A stretch of DNA of 64,000 nt from Hemiscyllium ocellatum (GCF_020745735.1 NC_083401.1:99321740-99385739); one strand, 5' to 3'. Positions 23,335-35,839 are shown, counted from the first letter of the stretch. Numbers and translations are program-made. The notes: generated from the letters alone by a model not told the origin.

Positions 23335-25170
23335 CTTTGGGTATATTAATCTTTATCTTACAGGAAGTGAGCATTGCTGGCAGGTCCACCATTTATAGCC
23401 CATCCCTCTTTGCTCTTGAGGTGGTTTTGAGCTGCTTCCTTGAACCACTACAGGTCATTGTAGGTTGGTACATTCAGAATGTTGTTGGAAAGGAAGTCCC
23501 TGGAATTTGGTCCCATAATGGTGAAGGAACAGTGAAATAGTTCCTGGCTTGGAAGGTACCTTTGACAGTGTATCTTACAAATGGTACTCTGTTCCTATTG
23601 TGCAGCAGTGATGAAAGAGGTGAATGTTGAAGTTGATAGATGGGGAGTCAATTAAGCAGGCTGGTTTGACCTGGATAGTGTTAAGTGTCTCGACTTTTGT
23701 TCGAATTACACTTACCACGGCAAGTGGGGGGAATTCCATCACACTCCTGACTTGCACCATGTAGGTGATGGATATGCTTTGGGGAATCAGGATATGTGTT
23801 ACTCCCTGCGGGATTACTAGGCTCTCCTCTGAGACTACAGCCATTGTGTTTATATAGCTGGCATATTATAATTTTTGTTCAATGGTAGCCTCCAGAATGT
23901 TGTCAGTGTGGCATTCAGTAAGGTAATGCCATTGATTGTCAGGGAGAATTGGTTAGACTCACTCTTATTGGATATGACATTGCCTGGCAATTCTGTGGCA
24001 TAAATGTCACTTGCCACTTATCAACCCCAACCTGGATATTGTCTGGGTCTTGCTGCACATGAACACTGGACTTCCTTTTTATTTATTCATTTTGAGGAAT
24101 ATGGGCATCTCTGGCTGTGCCAGTACTTATTGCCTGTCCCTAGTTTCCTTTGAGAAGGTGGTGGTGAGCTACCTTCTTGAACTGTTGCAGTCCACCTGCT
24201 GTAGGTTGACCCACAATGCCATTAGGGAAGGAGTTCCCAGGATTGTGATCCAGCAATAGTGAAGGAACAATGATTTATTTTCAAACTGGATGGTGAGTCA
24301 CTTGGAGGGAAACTTGAAGGTGGTGATGTTCGCTTGTATCTGCTCCCTTTTACCTTCTGGATAGAGGTGGTTGTAGGTTTGGAAGGTACTGTCTGAGGAT
24401 ATTTGGTTAATTTTTTGCAGTACAGCTTGTAGAGAGCACACATTGCTGCTACTGAATGTCGGTGGTGGAAGGAGTGGATGGTACACTGCTGTTACTGAAT
24501 ATCAGTGGTGGAAGGAGTGGATGGTACACACTGCTGTTACTGAATGTCAGTGGTGGAGGGAGGGGATGGTACACACTGCTGTTACTGAATGTCGGTGGTG
24601 GAGGGAGGGGATGGTACACACTGCTGTTACAGAATGTTGGTGGTGGAGGGAGGGGATGGTACACACTGCTGTTACTGAATGTCGGTGGTGGAGGGATGGG
24701 ATGGTACACACTGCTGTTACTGAATGTCAGTGATGGAGGGAGGGGATCGTACACACACTGCTGTAACTGAATGTCAGTAGTGGAGGGAGAGGATGCTTGT
24801 GGATACTGCTTCAGTGTCTGAGGAGGTGCAAATGGTGCTGAACATTGTGTAATCTTCAGTGAACATCCCCACTTTTGACCAAATGATGGAGGGAAGATCG
24901 TTTTATGAAGCAGCTGAAGATGTTCCACTATTCTGAGGAACAGCTGCAATGTTGCCCTGGGATGGACATGACTGATCTCCAACAACAACAGGCATTTTCC
25001 CATTTGCCAAGTTTGACTCAAAACAGTTGAAACTTTTCTCCCGATTCTCACTGACTCCAGTTTTACTTAGGCACCTTCATGCCAAACTCTGTCAATTGAT
25101 GCCTTGACATTAAAGGAATTTACTTTCACTTCTCCACTGGGCTTCAATTCTTTTGTCCATGTTTGGGGTA
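23335..25170 (-). mobile_element. Degraded CR1/L2-type LINE fragments (two 3' ends, about 23335 and 24075)
   Basis: Homologous to 265-1790; contains the minisatellite. Confidence 0.7.
24441..24790. repeat. 45-bp minisatellite, about 7.5 units
   Basis: Unit atggtacacactgctgttactgaatgtc(a/g)gtggtggagggagggg repeated head to tail. Confidence 0.95.
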
Positions 25171-26237
25171 AGGGAATAATAATGAGATTAGGAGTTGTGT
25201 GACCTAGGGGATCTGAACTGAGCCACATTTTGCGCAGATTATTACAAAGAGTGCCATTTGATGAACACTCTTGATGACCTTGACCCTCAGTGCAAAAGCC
25301 TCAAGCCAACAGGACAATCTTAGAGACTAAACAACCAACTGCTCCGTTAAAACCACCTTACTCACTGTCACATCATCTTCCTGCTCCTGACCGTGAACAT
25401 GATCAAAAGTATTTAGATTTTGTGGTTTAACTGCCTCCTAGAACAAAGTGTCCAGATAACATTTCCCCTCCCTATTACATTGCAATTTCTGAGACACTTA
25501 GTCATAGCTCATTTGATTCTGAGCCATAGTTCCTCGAACTGTGGACACTTACTGCAGGTGTGGTTGCTATGGTTCACACAGCTCTCCGGTGTACTCATAT
25601 GTTATAGCTGCAACACACTATCTGACCTGCATCTTTATTGTATTTTATTTAATGAGGAAATTTCACTTTACTGCTGTCTGTAACCATGTAAAGCAACTCA
25701 ACTGGTTAAGCTACAAATTTTAACAATATCTGCCATTACCAGCTTAAACTATGGCCCTTGTATAGGCAGATAAATTCTTAAAACTCACCAACCAACTCAT
25801 CGAATTAATGCCTTAGAGCTCTCACTAGTCCCCGTTAATCTAAATTTTAACTTGAGGAAAACTCACTAAATATCTCAAGTTAGCACTCATTCCTGTTGCT
25901 CTCAGTTGTCATGTGCACTTTGCTCTCCTATTCCTGAAGCAACATTACTTTTCTTCCTTTCCTCTCATCATCTTTCCAATGCCATACTTCCTGTGGCCAC
26001 AGTTTCTGCCCTTTTGCTTCTCCAGGTTTTCCAGTTGAGAGGATTGCAGCACAGCTCAATTTTAAGAGGGACAAGCTGCCTCTGACACTTAGGTTAGTGG
26101 AAATGTGCAATAACTACACATACCATATGGCCCATCTGCTCAGCGAAGTCTGTGCTGGGCAGTATCCTGAAGCCATCTAGCTAAAGAAGATTGCATAGTT
26201 TGCTGATCAAGTCAGGTGCAGGGCAGTCAAGTACTAT

Positions 26238-26320
26238 CTAGATCAGTGGTGCTGGAAGAGCACAGCAGTTCAGACAGCATCAAACGGCAGCGAAATCGAC
26301 GTTTTGGGCAAAAGTCCTTG
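26238..26320 (-). mobile_element. 83-bp Penelope-like mini-insertion (family A), truncated inside HHR stem II
   Basis: Perfect 12-bp TSD gtcaagtactat (26226-26237, 26321-26332); homologous to 33200-33280. Confidence 0.85.
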
Positions 26321-26878
26321 GTCAAGTACTATGGCCACTGCAACTAAAGGCTAGTCTTGACAAATGTTTCCTCATGGAGATAAATAAAGCCCAAGGCTTC
26401 TTTTATGGTATGTGCATTTTCAGATAGTACCCCACACATCATTCAATTTTACCTTCAATGAATCTCAGATTTTTGTTTTCACCGCTCTATCTGAAAGACT
26501 ATTCCATTTTTTGACTTCTTGCCTGACACTTTTCAGTTAATATCTGCATTGATTTATTGTTTAATATGCTCTGATTCCTTTTATTCTAATATTCTCATTT
26601 ACCTTGGAGGAGCTGTCTTGTTTTACAACATATTGCTTGATAATTGTACAAAAGTTGCATCTCATTGCTAAGAGTTACAATTAATTTAGCCTTTAACCGA
26701 CATCGGTATTCATTTTTAATTAACTATATATCTGACCTACTGAATTTAGCATATAATCACATTCATCAAACTGATTCCAATTAGTCAGATTAATCATGGA
26801 GCATTCTATATTTCTATTTTTAGGCATGTTCCGTTTTGATTGTAAATCTAGTTCCAGTCTAGAGTTATTTCCTTAGCA

Positions 26879-26969
26879 GCTGAAAATGTGTTGCTGGAAA
26901 AGTGCAGCAGGTCAGGCAGCATCCAAGGAGCAGGAGAGTCGACGTTTCGGGCATGAGCCCTTCTTCAGG
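26879..26969 (-). mobile_element. 91-bp Penelope-like mini-insertion beginning at the HHR core
   Basis: 23-bp TSD agtc(t/c)agagttatttcct(t/c)agca (26856-26878, 26970-26992). Confidence 0.85.
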
Positions 26970-26972
26970 AGT
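26936..26972 (-). ncRNA. Minimal hammerhead ribozyme motif
   Basis: Minus strand: uc-CUGAAGA-a-GGGC-ucau-GCCC-GAAAC-GUC-ga. Confidence 0.72.
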
Positions 26973-28529
26973 CCAGAGTTATTTCCTCAGCATTCAGTAT
27001 CTCATGCATCATGATTATCAGTACAGTATTTCATAAATCTTATTCATGGTCTGTTGTGATATCCTGGAAAAGATCATTCTAAACCTGGGAACACGTACTT
27101 TACCTCATTTTGAATCTGTATCTTAATCCACATCTGTCTGGATCACTTCTATTATTTCTGAAGCATGTTTCAGGATAACATTTCTAACGTTTGCTCATCA
27201 TCCATTGCAATTCTATTGGCAGCCCAGCTTCCCATGTGACTGACGTTGTGTTGTAATTGCATTGGAAAGGTTTCCTGCTCTTGTTCTTGACATCTGAATG
27301 TGCTTGGTTTTGTGGTAATTTTATATTAAGATTTAATTAAAAATGAAATCCATAATGGGAAACCATGGAAGTTTTCATTTGTGTCAAAAACTTGAAACCA
27401 GTTCTTATTTGTTGAAAGCTTAAGCTCATTGGAGAAATATTACGATTTTCACTTTGAGGATAGGTGGATAGTGTTGATTAGTAGGCCATTCTTCACCTTA
27501 CCCAATTTCCCTTGTGGTCAGCCAATACAGTTTTTTACTTGTGTCCACAGTAAAAATCTTCTGTCATCCCCTGCTCCTTCACTTATTAAATGTAGCAAAA
27601 ATTTAGGAATAAGTATAAACTAAAAAACACTGCTTTATAATCACATCATGTTTTACTTCATTCATGTCAGTGAACATTAATTTCATCATAGGATCCTGTC
27701 AGATGAACAGTTTAGTTTATGATTTTGGTAAATATACACCCTCGAAATTTTATGTTTAGGCATTGATTTGGACCCTGATTTCATAGCCAACCCAAATATT
27801 CTGGGATAAAACAGCCAGGAGGTTGCTGCAACACAACTCTTCACAAAAGTCAATCAATGGATAGTTTTCTTTATTCTTTTTACACTGAAGTCCATAGCCT
27901 TCTGAAATTAGTATTTGCAGTATTTGCATTTTTTATATTTGATTTATTATTCTCCCATGTATTGAGTTATAGTGAAAAGTACTGTTCCGCATGCTAAACC
28001 AGGCAAATCATACTTTACACAAGTACATCAAGGTAATGTAACAAAATGTAGAATGTAGTGTTACAGTTACAAAGAAGATGCAGAGAAAGATCAATGCTAA
28101 TATGTGAAAAGTCTGTTCATAATTAATGAATTATTTTAACAATATTTCATTACTGTAACGTAATTTCATCATAATTAGAGACTTAGCATCTCTTTAAAGC
28201 AATGCAACCTTCCCACTCACACCCACATATACACGCTCGCGCTCTCTAGCACAAATTACAGATTTTGGAAACATATATAATGTACTAAATCCAAAATGGC
28301 ATTAGTTGGTCATACTCTAAATCGCCAATGATGCAAAGAATGCCATTATATTAAGGTAATATCAATTTTATTCTGCACTTCTCTTTGAAAGATACAATCC
28401 ATCTCTAAAATGAGTAACGACTCTGCAAGAATAGGGGTCATCTACAGTAAGCAAGTGGAATGGTTTAAAATGTTAATAAGAAATTAAGAAAGTAAATATT
28501 GATAGTGGCAATACATGTTATAATAATCA

Positions 28530-28863
28530 TTGAATTCCTACAGTGTGGAAGCAGGCTATTCACCTCATCAAGTCCACACTGACTCTCAGGGAATCCTACT
28601 CAAATCCACCCCATTCCTGTAAACCTGTGTTTCCAATGGCTAATCCACCTAGCCTGCACCCTGGACACTATAGGCAATTTAGCATGGCCAATCCACCTAA
28701 TCAGCACATCTTTGGATGATGAGAGGAAACAGGAACATCCAGAGGAAACTCAGACAGGTATGGGGAGAATGTGCAAACTCCACACAGATAATCACCAAGG
28801 AATTGAACCTGTTGTCTCTGGCACTGTGAGGCCACAGTGCTAACCACTGAGCCACCATGCCAC
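28530..28863 (-). mobile_element. HE1/V-SINE-like SINE
   Basis: ggggagaatgtgcaaactccacacag...gtgctaaccactgagccacc. Confidence 0.85.
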
Positions 28864-29059
28864 CCTAATCTCACGTGATAGAGGTTTGGGAGTGTTCAGA
28901 ACAGATATTCATAGTTGTGTAAAAATGTTAAGACAACATCAGGTTCTCAAAGTGTCATTCATCATAGTTTGAATACAATAGTTTTGAAGTCTTTTTCCAC
29001 TTCAATTTGAAACTTGATTACAAAATTACACACATTATGGGAACCTTCCTTGAAGTAGA

Positions 29060-29430
29060 GGGGATTTAGAGGTGCCATGAATGAGATGTATAAAATTATA
29101 AGGGGCATAGACAGGGTAGAGAGAATGAAACCTTCCCTCTTGAGGGAGGGATCAACGGATGGGGATGTTGATTTAAGGTAAGAGGCGGGAGGTATAGTGG
29201 GAATTTGAGGAAAACGTTTTTCACTCAGGGTAGTGGGAATCTGGAATTCACTGCCTGTAAGGCAGAAACCTGCATAACATCTAAGAAGGTACTGAGATGT
29301 ACATTTGCAATACTAAGGCAGAGAAGGCTATGGTCCGAGTGCTGAAAAATGGGATTAGAATAGTTTGGAGTGGCACAGACTTAATGGGCTGAGTGGCCTT
29401 TTTCTGTGCTATGAACATCAATAACTCTAA
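29060..29430 (+). mobile_element. CR1 3' fragment
   Basis: tataaaattataaggggcatagacagggta...tttttcactcag..tggaattcactgcc. Confidence 0.75.
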
Positions 29431-32207
29431 CTGTACAAAAAAAAACAAATGTATATGTGGCACATGATGAACATTTATATTCTGTTGGCCTGGCTTGTGA
29501 CAATCATATCCCATCACATCCCAAAAAATGTTTAGAAAACTTTTTTGACTTTTCTTTACTGAAGCCTAACAAGATGAACCTAAATCTTATTGTAGCACAT
29601 TCTGAGATGACTCATGGGGAGATGGGCGTGGAAAGCCTCTGGCATGTGTGGAACTCTGTAACCAACAGAATGAAATCTTGGTAGCTTCTGCTCAAGCAAC
29701 GAACTGACCATTTGGTAGAGACAAAGATATTACTCCATAATGGTTGGAAATCATGATATGAAAGGTCTTATATGCAAATTAAGTTATAGATTACATATTC
29801 TGTACCATAACATTATCATTATTTGTAATAGTTGCATAGAGTGAAAGGAATAATTTAAAGTCTTGCAAACTGAAATTAAATTATTGTAATTTTACTGAAC
29901 TGATACATTATTAACTTCCTCTAGTTCAATAATCCATATTTGTTGTGTTAAAAGCATTGCAGTTGAGGAAGCTAACTCATTTGAATATTAGCTAATGCTC
30001 TTTTTTTCTGACGCAGCTATCTGCATGTGTACTTGATAATTTCAATATGGTACTTTGGATTGTGAACAGCATGTTCACATTACAATGCTGCCCACAAATG
30101 GCATTGACTCCTCAGTTAATATTCATTAAGACCTATTTCATGTTCTATTGGGTGGCATTTAAGTTTGGTGCACAAAATAAAGTTACAGAAAATGGAAAAC
30201 TAAAACCATTTAGATTTAGTTTCATTTTCAAATTACAATAGTTTCAAAATAGCAGCAATTCCTTAAAAATGCCATCAAAAATTACTTAATGTAAGTAAAT
30301 TTTGTCTCAGTGAATGTCATCAGAAAAGTAAATCCAGCCCTAATGAATACCTAAAATAATTATGAAGGCAGTCCAGGAGGACTGGGGAGATTTATTCGAA
30401 TGTTTGACTGATTATGTATTTCCATAGTCTCCTATCTATCTCCTGGGGTTTCTTTCTGTCCTCATATTTTCTGCCTTCAGTCAAAAGGGATTTTTGTGGA
30501 ATGTTATTGTCCATTGTTACTGTTGGTTGTTTCCATATCGAATGACATGAAGTATAATATAATGTGAGAAATTTCAGAATGTACCAGAGACTGAGAAATT
30601 ATCCATGGTTCTTGACCATCAGTGTCATTTGATGTGTAATGACTTCAACTAAAACAGCTTAATACATTAATGTCAAATTCATATCTCTGTTGCCCTAATA
30701 GAGGCATCAATCTATTTAGTTTTACTTGGTATTAACATGTTGATATTCCATATAGTAACACTACCTTCAGTAAACCTACACGTTACATACATTTGGCTTT
30801 ATCATGAAAGCACAGTTTAGAATATGTTTACTTCATATTAAGAAAAGATTATTACTGTCATTTTCTTAATCATAAACAATCAAATCTGGAATCAGCCATG
30901 TGTAAACCCTTTGTGTCTGCCTTGTGTACTTATTTTCTTATTTTAGCACACCTACAAAGTGTTTTCTCCAGTGGTTACAGCTTCAGAACTGGAAAACTGC
31001 TGAGCTTCAAGTATTCTTCAGATTATTCTAGCATGGGTTATCTTGAGCAACAATAAACCTGAGCAAACCAACTCAGACTACAGCACCCAGTGTGAGCCAG
31101 AACAGTGTAGGATGACATGCTATGTGATACTAAAGGGCAGATGCAATGCAGTCATGCTGATAGAACATAGCAGATGTCTCCCCTGTGGAGTTGTCTGATT
31201 TTCTGAAATAGCACCTAAGAATGCAGAGGACCCAATTGAATAACGGCAGGAATGATTGAATACTCTGAAAGCTCCTGCCCATAGTTGCGTTCACATCTGA
31301 GATGGTAACCATTTGTTCTTCCTTTGTAGGAGTGTAAGCTGCCATCATTCCTATCTTGGCTTTCGAGGTAATTTCTTGTGCTGCCATAGCTGCTGTTGAA
31401 CTGAGAAGAGAGACTCCGTGTTGGTAGGTAACTGAGTTGTATTGAGGAACTGATCATTCAGTGCATATTGGACAAAATGATCTTCTTGCTCTATGCAGAG
31501 CTTTGAGCTAAATGGATCCAGGTCTGCTCCTGTACTCTGTGACATTGTACATAAGCCTTCAGCTCTGAATGTATCCTGCTGGATGCCCATCAGCTTTCTT
31601 TTGTACATTGGTCCCTTGAGGTATTCCCCTGCTTTTTCTGTGTTAGAAGTAATGTGTAATGCCTCTTTCTGTCAAAGCTGGCAGCTGATCTCTTGCTTGT
31701 GACACTCCCTTTATTGTCCCATCTCTAATAAATCTGGCTTGTTCACAATTTTCTTCTTCTGCCAGCGATTCATCTCTTTGATCCACCTGAATTCCACATA
31801 GAGTTACAATTGAAGGCACATATCAATTAAGGTGATAGCTCAAAACTAAGAGAACTCGGTGAAACTTCAGTTACTCACTGAAAGTTAATGCAGCAGTTAA
31901 GAATACTGCTATATTATTTGTAATAGATTGCTGAAAGAATGAAGCACAGTAATCATAAAATTAAAGAAAAATATTATCAAATGTAAATTTAATGCAAATT
32001 GTAATTTTATACTTTAAAAGCAAATTTTGTTGGTGATCTGCAACTGCAATGAAATCGTGTCTTTGTAGCTATACCTATGCATGTTTTCCTAAAGATGACT
32101 ATTCAGTGGATGAGGTAAAAACAATGATTACAGATGCTGGAAACCAGATTCTGGATTAGTGGTGCTGGAAGAGCACAGCAGTTCAGGCAGCATCCAAGGA
32201 GCAGCGA

Positions 32208-32243
32208 AATCGACGTTTCGGGCAAAAGCCCTTCATCAGGAAT
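32208..32243 (-). ncRNA. Minimal hammerhead ribozyme motif (family A)
   Basis: Minus strand: auuc-CUGAUGA-a-GGGC-uuuu-GCCC-GAAAC-GUC-gauu. Confidence 0.78.
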
Positions 32244-33187
32244 ACAGGCAGAGAGCCTGAAGCGTGAAGAGATAAGCTAGAGGAGGGTGGGGGTGGGGAG
32301 AGAGTAGCATAGAGTACAATGGGTGAGTGGGGGAGGGGATGAAGGTGATAGGTCAGGGAGGAGAGGGTGGAGTGGATAGGTGGAAAAGGAGATAGGCAGG
32401 TAGGACAAGTCCAGACAAGTCATGGGGACAGTGCTGAGCAGGAAGTTTGGAACTAGGGTGAGGTGGGGGAAGGGGAAATGAGGAAACTGTTGAAGTCCAC
32501 ATTGATGCCCTGGGGTTGAAGTGTTCCAAGGCAGAAGATGAGACGTTCTTCCTCCAGGCATCTGGTGGTGAGGGAGCGGCGGTGAAGGAGGCCCAGGACC
32601 TCTATGTCCTCGGCAGAGTGGGAGGGGGTGTTGAAATGTTGGGCCACGGGGCGGAGTGGTTGATTGGTGCGGTTGTCCCGGAGATGTTCCTTCCGTGACT
32701 ACACTGGGGAGACTGGGCGCCTCTGAGCAGAGAGCTCTAGGGAACATCTCCAGGACACCCGCACCAATCAACCACACCGCCCCGTGGCCCAACATTTCAA
32801 CTCCCCCTCCCACTCTGCCGAGGACATGGAGGTCCTGAGCCTCCTTCACTGCCGCTCCCTCACCACCAGACGCCTGGAGGAAGAATGCCTCATCTTCCAC
32901 CTTGGAACACTTCAACCCCAGAGCATCAATGTGGACTTTAACAGTTTCCTCATTTCCCCTTCCCCCACCTCACCCTAGTTCCAAACTTCCAGTTCAGCAC
33001 TGTCCCCATGACTTGTCTGGACTTGTCCTACCTGCCTATCTCCTTTTCCACCTATCCACTCCACCCTTTCCTCCCTGACCTATCACCTTCATCCCCTCCC
33101 CCACTCACCTATTGTACTCCATGCTACTTTCTCCCCACCCCTACCCTCCTCTAGCTTATCTCTCCACACTTCAGGCTCACTGCCTTT

Positions 33188-33223
33188 ATTCCTGATGAAG
33201 GGCTTTTGCCCGAAACGTCGATT
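33188..33223 (+). ncRNA. Minimal hammerhead ribozyme motif (family A)
   Basis: CTGATGA 33192-33198, GGGC-tttt-GCCC, GAAAC 33212-33216, GTC 33217-33219. Confidence 0.78.
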
Positions 33224-33449
33224 TCGCTGCTGCTTGGATGCTGCCTGAACTGCTGTGCTCTTTCAGCACCACTAATCCAGTAATTAGTGGCTGTTCAACT
33301 GTAAATTGAATTTTCCTCCCATAGTCTCTGTTAAGGAAAATAAGAAGGCATGTAAATTAAACAGGCAATTTGAAAAGGTCTTCACTTTGGAGAATACTAG
33401 AAACATCACAGTAATTGGTGCAATTTAGGAGGGACAGAGAGTTAAAGGA

Positions 33450-34945
33450 TTTGCCAACACCTTCAGCCAGATGTGCCACATGGACAAATTATCTCAGCCT
33501 CCTCCAGATATCTGCAAATCACAGCTGCCAGTGCTCAGTCAATTCAATTCTCTCTACATGATATCAAAAAACAGCTTGATACTGGAAACTTCAAAGACTG
33601 GTCCTGACAACACTTCAGCATTGGCTCTGCCCTGGAAGTAGCTGTGATCTTGTCCAAGCTGTTCCAATACATCCACAACACTGGCCATCTGCCCAGCAAT
33701 GTGAAGAATTGCCCAGGATGAACAAACCTAATTACTGCCCTGCCAATCTACTGTCAACCATCCATAAAGTGATTGAAAGTGCCATGGACAATGCTAGCAA
33801 ATAGCACTTATTTAGCAATAGCCTGCACTATGACACTCAGTTTAGGCTCCATTAGATCCACTCAGCTCCTGACATATTGGTCCAAACTTCAGCAAAAATA
33901 TGAGGCGGCTGCCTTTGACATCAAGGAACTTTTTCAAACCTTCAGTTCATTGGAGAAATGTATCCAGTAATTGGAGTAATACCTAGAATAAAGGAAGATG
34001 GTCATGATTGTTAGACACAATGATCTCAGTTCCAGGATACTTCTGAAGGCATTCTTCAGGGCAGTGTCCTTGGTCCAACCAGCTTCAGTTGCTTAACCAA
34101 CAACCTACCTTCCCTCCACATAAGGTCAGAGATTGGGTTTTCACTAATGATTACAGAAAGCTCAAAAACCAATCAAACTTTCTCACATAAGCAGTACATA
34201 ACCATATGCAGCAAGTCCTGGACATAGGACAGACTTTTACTTATCAGTGGCAAGTAACATTCCCACCACACAAATACCAGGCAATGACTATCTCTGACAG
34301 CTCCACATTTTTGGGGGTTGCCATTGACCAGATCTGAACTAGACCAGGCATATAAATACTATAAAAGCCAGTCAGAGGCTAGGAATTTTGCAACGAATCG
34401 CTCTCATTGTCTCCTCCCTAATGCCTGTCCACTAACTACAAGACACCATTTAGTGTCATGGAATACTCTGCACTTGACTGAATGGGTGCAACTCTGACAA
34501 CAGTCAGTAAAACCAACACTCTCCAGAACAAAGCAGCATGCTTGAATGGCACTCCATTCACCACCTTCAACATTCACTTCCTGATGCACAATGGCATCAG
34601 TATATACTTCAAAAAATACATGGCAGAAAGCTGCCAAGGCTCTTCAGACACCATCTTCCACACTCATGACTTCCACTATCTAGAAGGCCAAGGAAAGCAG
34701 ATGCTTGAGAACGCCACCTCCTGCATGTGCCTCTTCAAGCTGCACACTATCCTGAAGTGGAACTATGTCACAGTTCCATCTTGTTGCTGTGTCCAAACCC
34801 TGGAACACTGTGAATATGCCTACACATCAAGGATTGCAGCAGGTCAACTTAGAGCTCACCATTACCTTCTCCATGGCAGTTGGGCACAGGCAACAACTGC
34901 TGGCTTAGCCAGTGAAGCCCACACCATACATACAAACAGAAAAAA
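33450..34945 (+). mobile_element. Degraded CR1/L2-type LINE 3' portion
   Basis: GPDN-like, DIK.., QGSVLGP-like relics; 3' end gctggcttagccagtgaagcccacacc. Confidence 0.7.
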
Positions 34946-35839
34946 TGTTGTTTAAATTTCTTGCTCCATAAGTTGGGGGAAACAAAATGCTCCCACAGTT
35001 TCAATAATTGCTGACAAAATCTTAACTGCTGTAATTTTAGCTTTATTAATCACAACCTATCATTGTCACAATTGTGTGGGGTAGGATGTATAAGTAAGAT
35101 CACTATTGATCACTCAAAGAGGTTATTTAAGGATTAGCTGTTTTGAAGTGGCGTTATGAATACAAGTCTGATCATTTGATAATGAATGAAGTACTTGAGT
35201 GGACTTCAATGTTTTGAATGGGCATTCATGATTGAGACTTAATTTTCACGTTGCAAATGGTATAATAGATATGTCAACTTCATGTTATTTCACCTCAGCA
35301 TGCATAAGCAGGGAGGGGTGGAATGAGACAGGTAAATAGTGCTTGGTGGATCATAAATTCGAATTAGCTAAAACTGGTGTGGCATATGCAATGGTGAGAA
35401 AGATGGGGAAATAGAAAATGAAAAAAATCAGAATTTTGATGTTGAGAAATATTTTTGCAATTCTCCCGTCAAATCACAAATGGAGACTTCAGAACCTTGC
35501 CATTGAGTGATGACCACCTGATTTAAATGTATTTGTATCTCACTAAATCTGTGACTCCAATCACTTCTACCACCACATATTCTCTGGAGTTGTGGATTCT
35601 GAGATGATTAAACAATCTGATGCTGTTTCCACAGACAGGGCTGGTGCTGTTTGAAGAAGTGGGTGGGTGGATCTATCGTCTGGTTCAAAACCGGGCCATT
35701 TCTGCTGTCATTCCTCACTGGTGATTCTGTCAGCGGCACATTTTTCTGAATGGGAGAAGTAGAGAATCTTCAAGCCATTGCTGGATTGCCCTTTACTTGA
35801 GGACAGAGGCAGCTGCACAACATATGTGCATTTGTGTGT

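Larger units (their letters stand above)
32113..33280. mobile_element. Palindromic (tails-out) Penelope-like (Neptune-type) insertion, family A
   Basis: About 540-bp inverted arms (about 32152-32690 and 32740-33280), each encoding the GIY-YIG C-terminus (AQHFNS/TPSHS..LGTLQP.INVDF) plus an HHR; flanks tattcagtggatg / taattagtggctg are a probable decayed TSD. Confidence 0.9.

Noticed and set aside
24441-24790. CRISPR-like array, and the 96-200 aa repetitive ORFs (24443, 24449, 24456)
   Set aside because: Head-to-tail units with no unique spacers in eukaryotic DNA; the ORFs stay open only because the 45-bp unit is a multiple of 3 and lacks stops in those frames.
26010-26098. Plus-strand mini-exon (ttttgcttctccag| ... 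ag|gttagt)
   Set aside because: Only one frame is open, the peptide is unrecognisable, and no partner exons were found.
30180-30241. KVTENGKLKPF resembling COMMD8 (DVKENGEVKPY), the expected neighbour
   Set aside because: Flanking residues do not match COMMD8 and there are no suitable splice sites; likely coincidence.
32277-32915. 212-aa and mirror-image ORFs
   Set aside because: Products of the inverted PLE arms; not independent genes.
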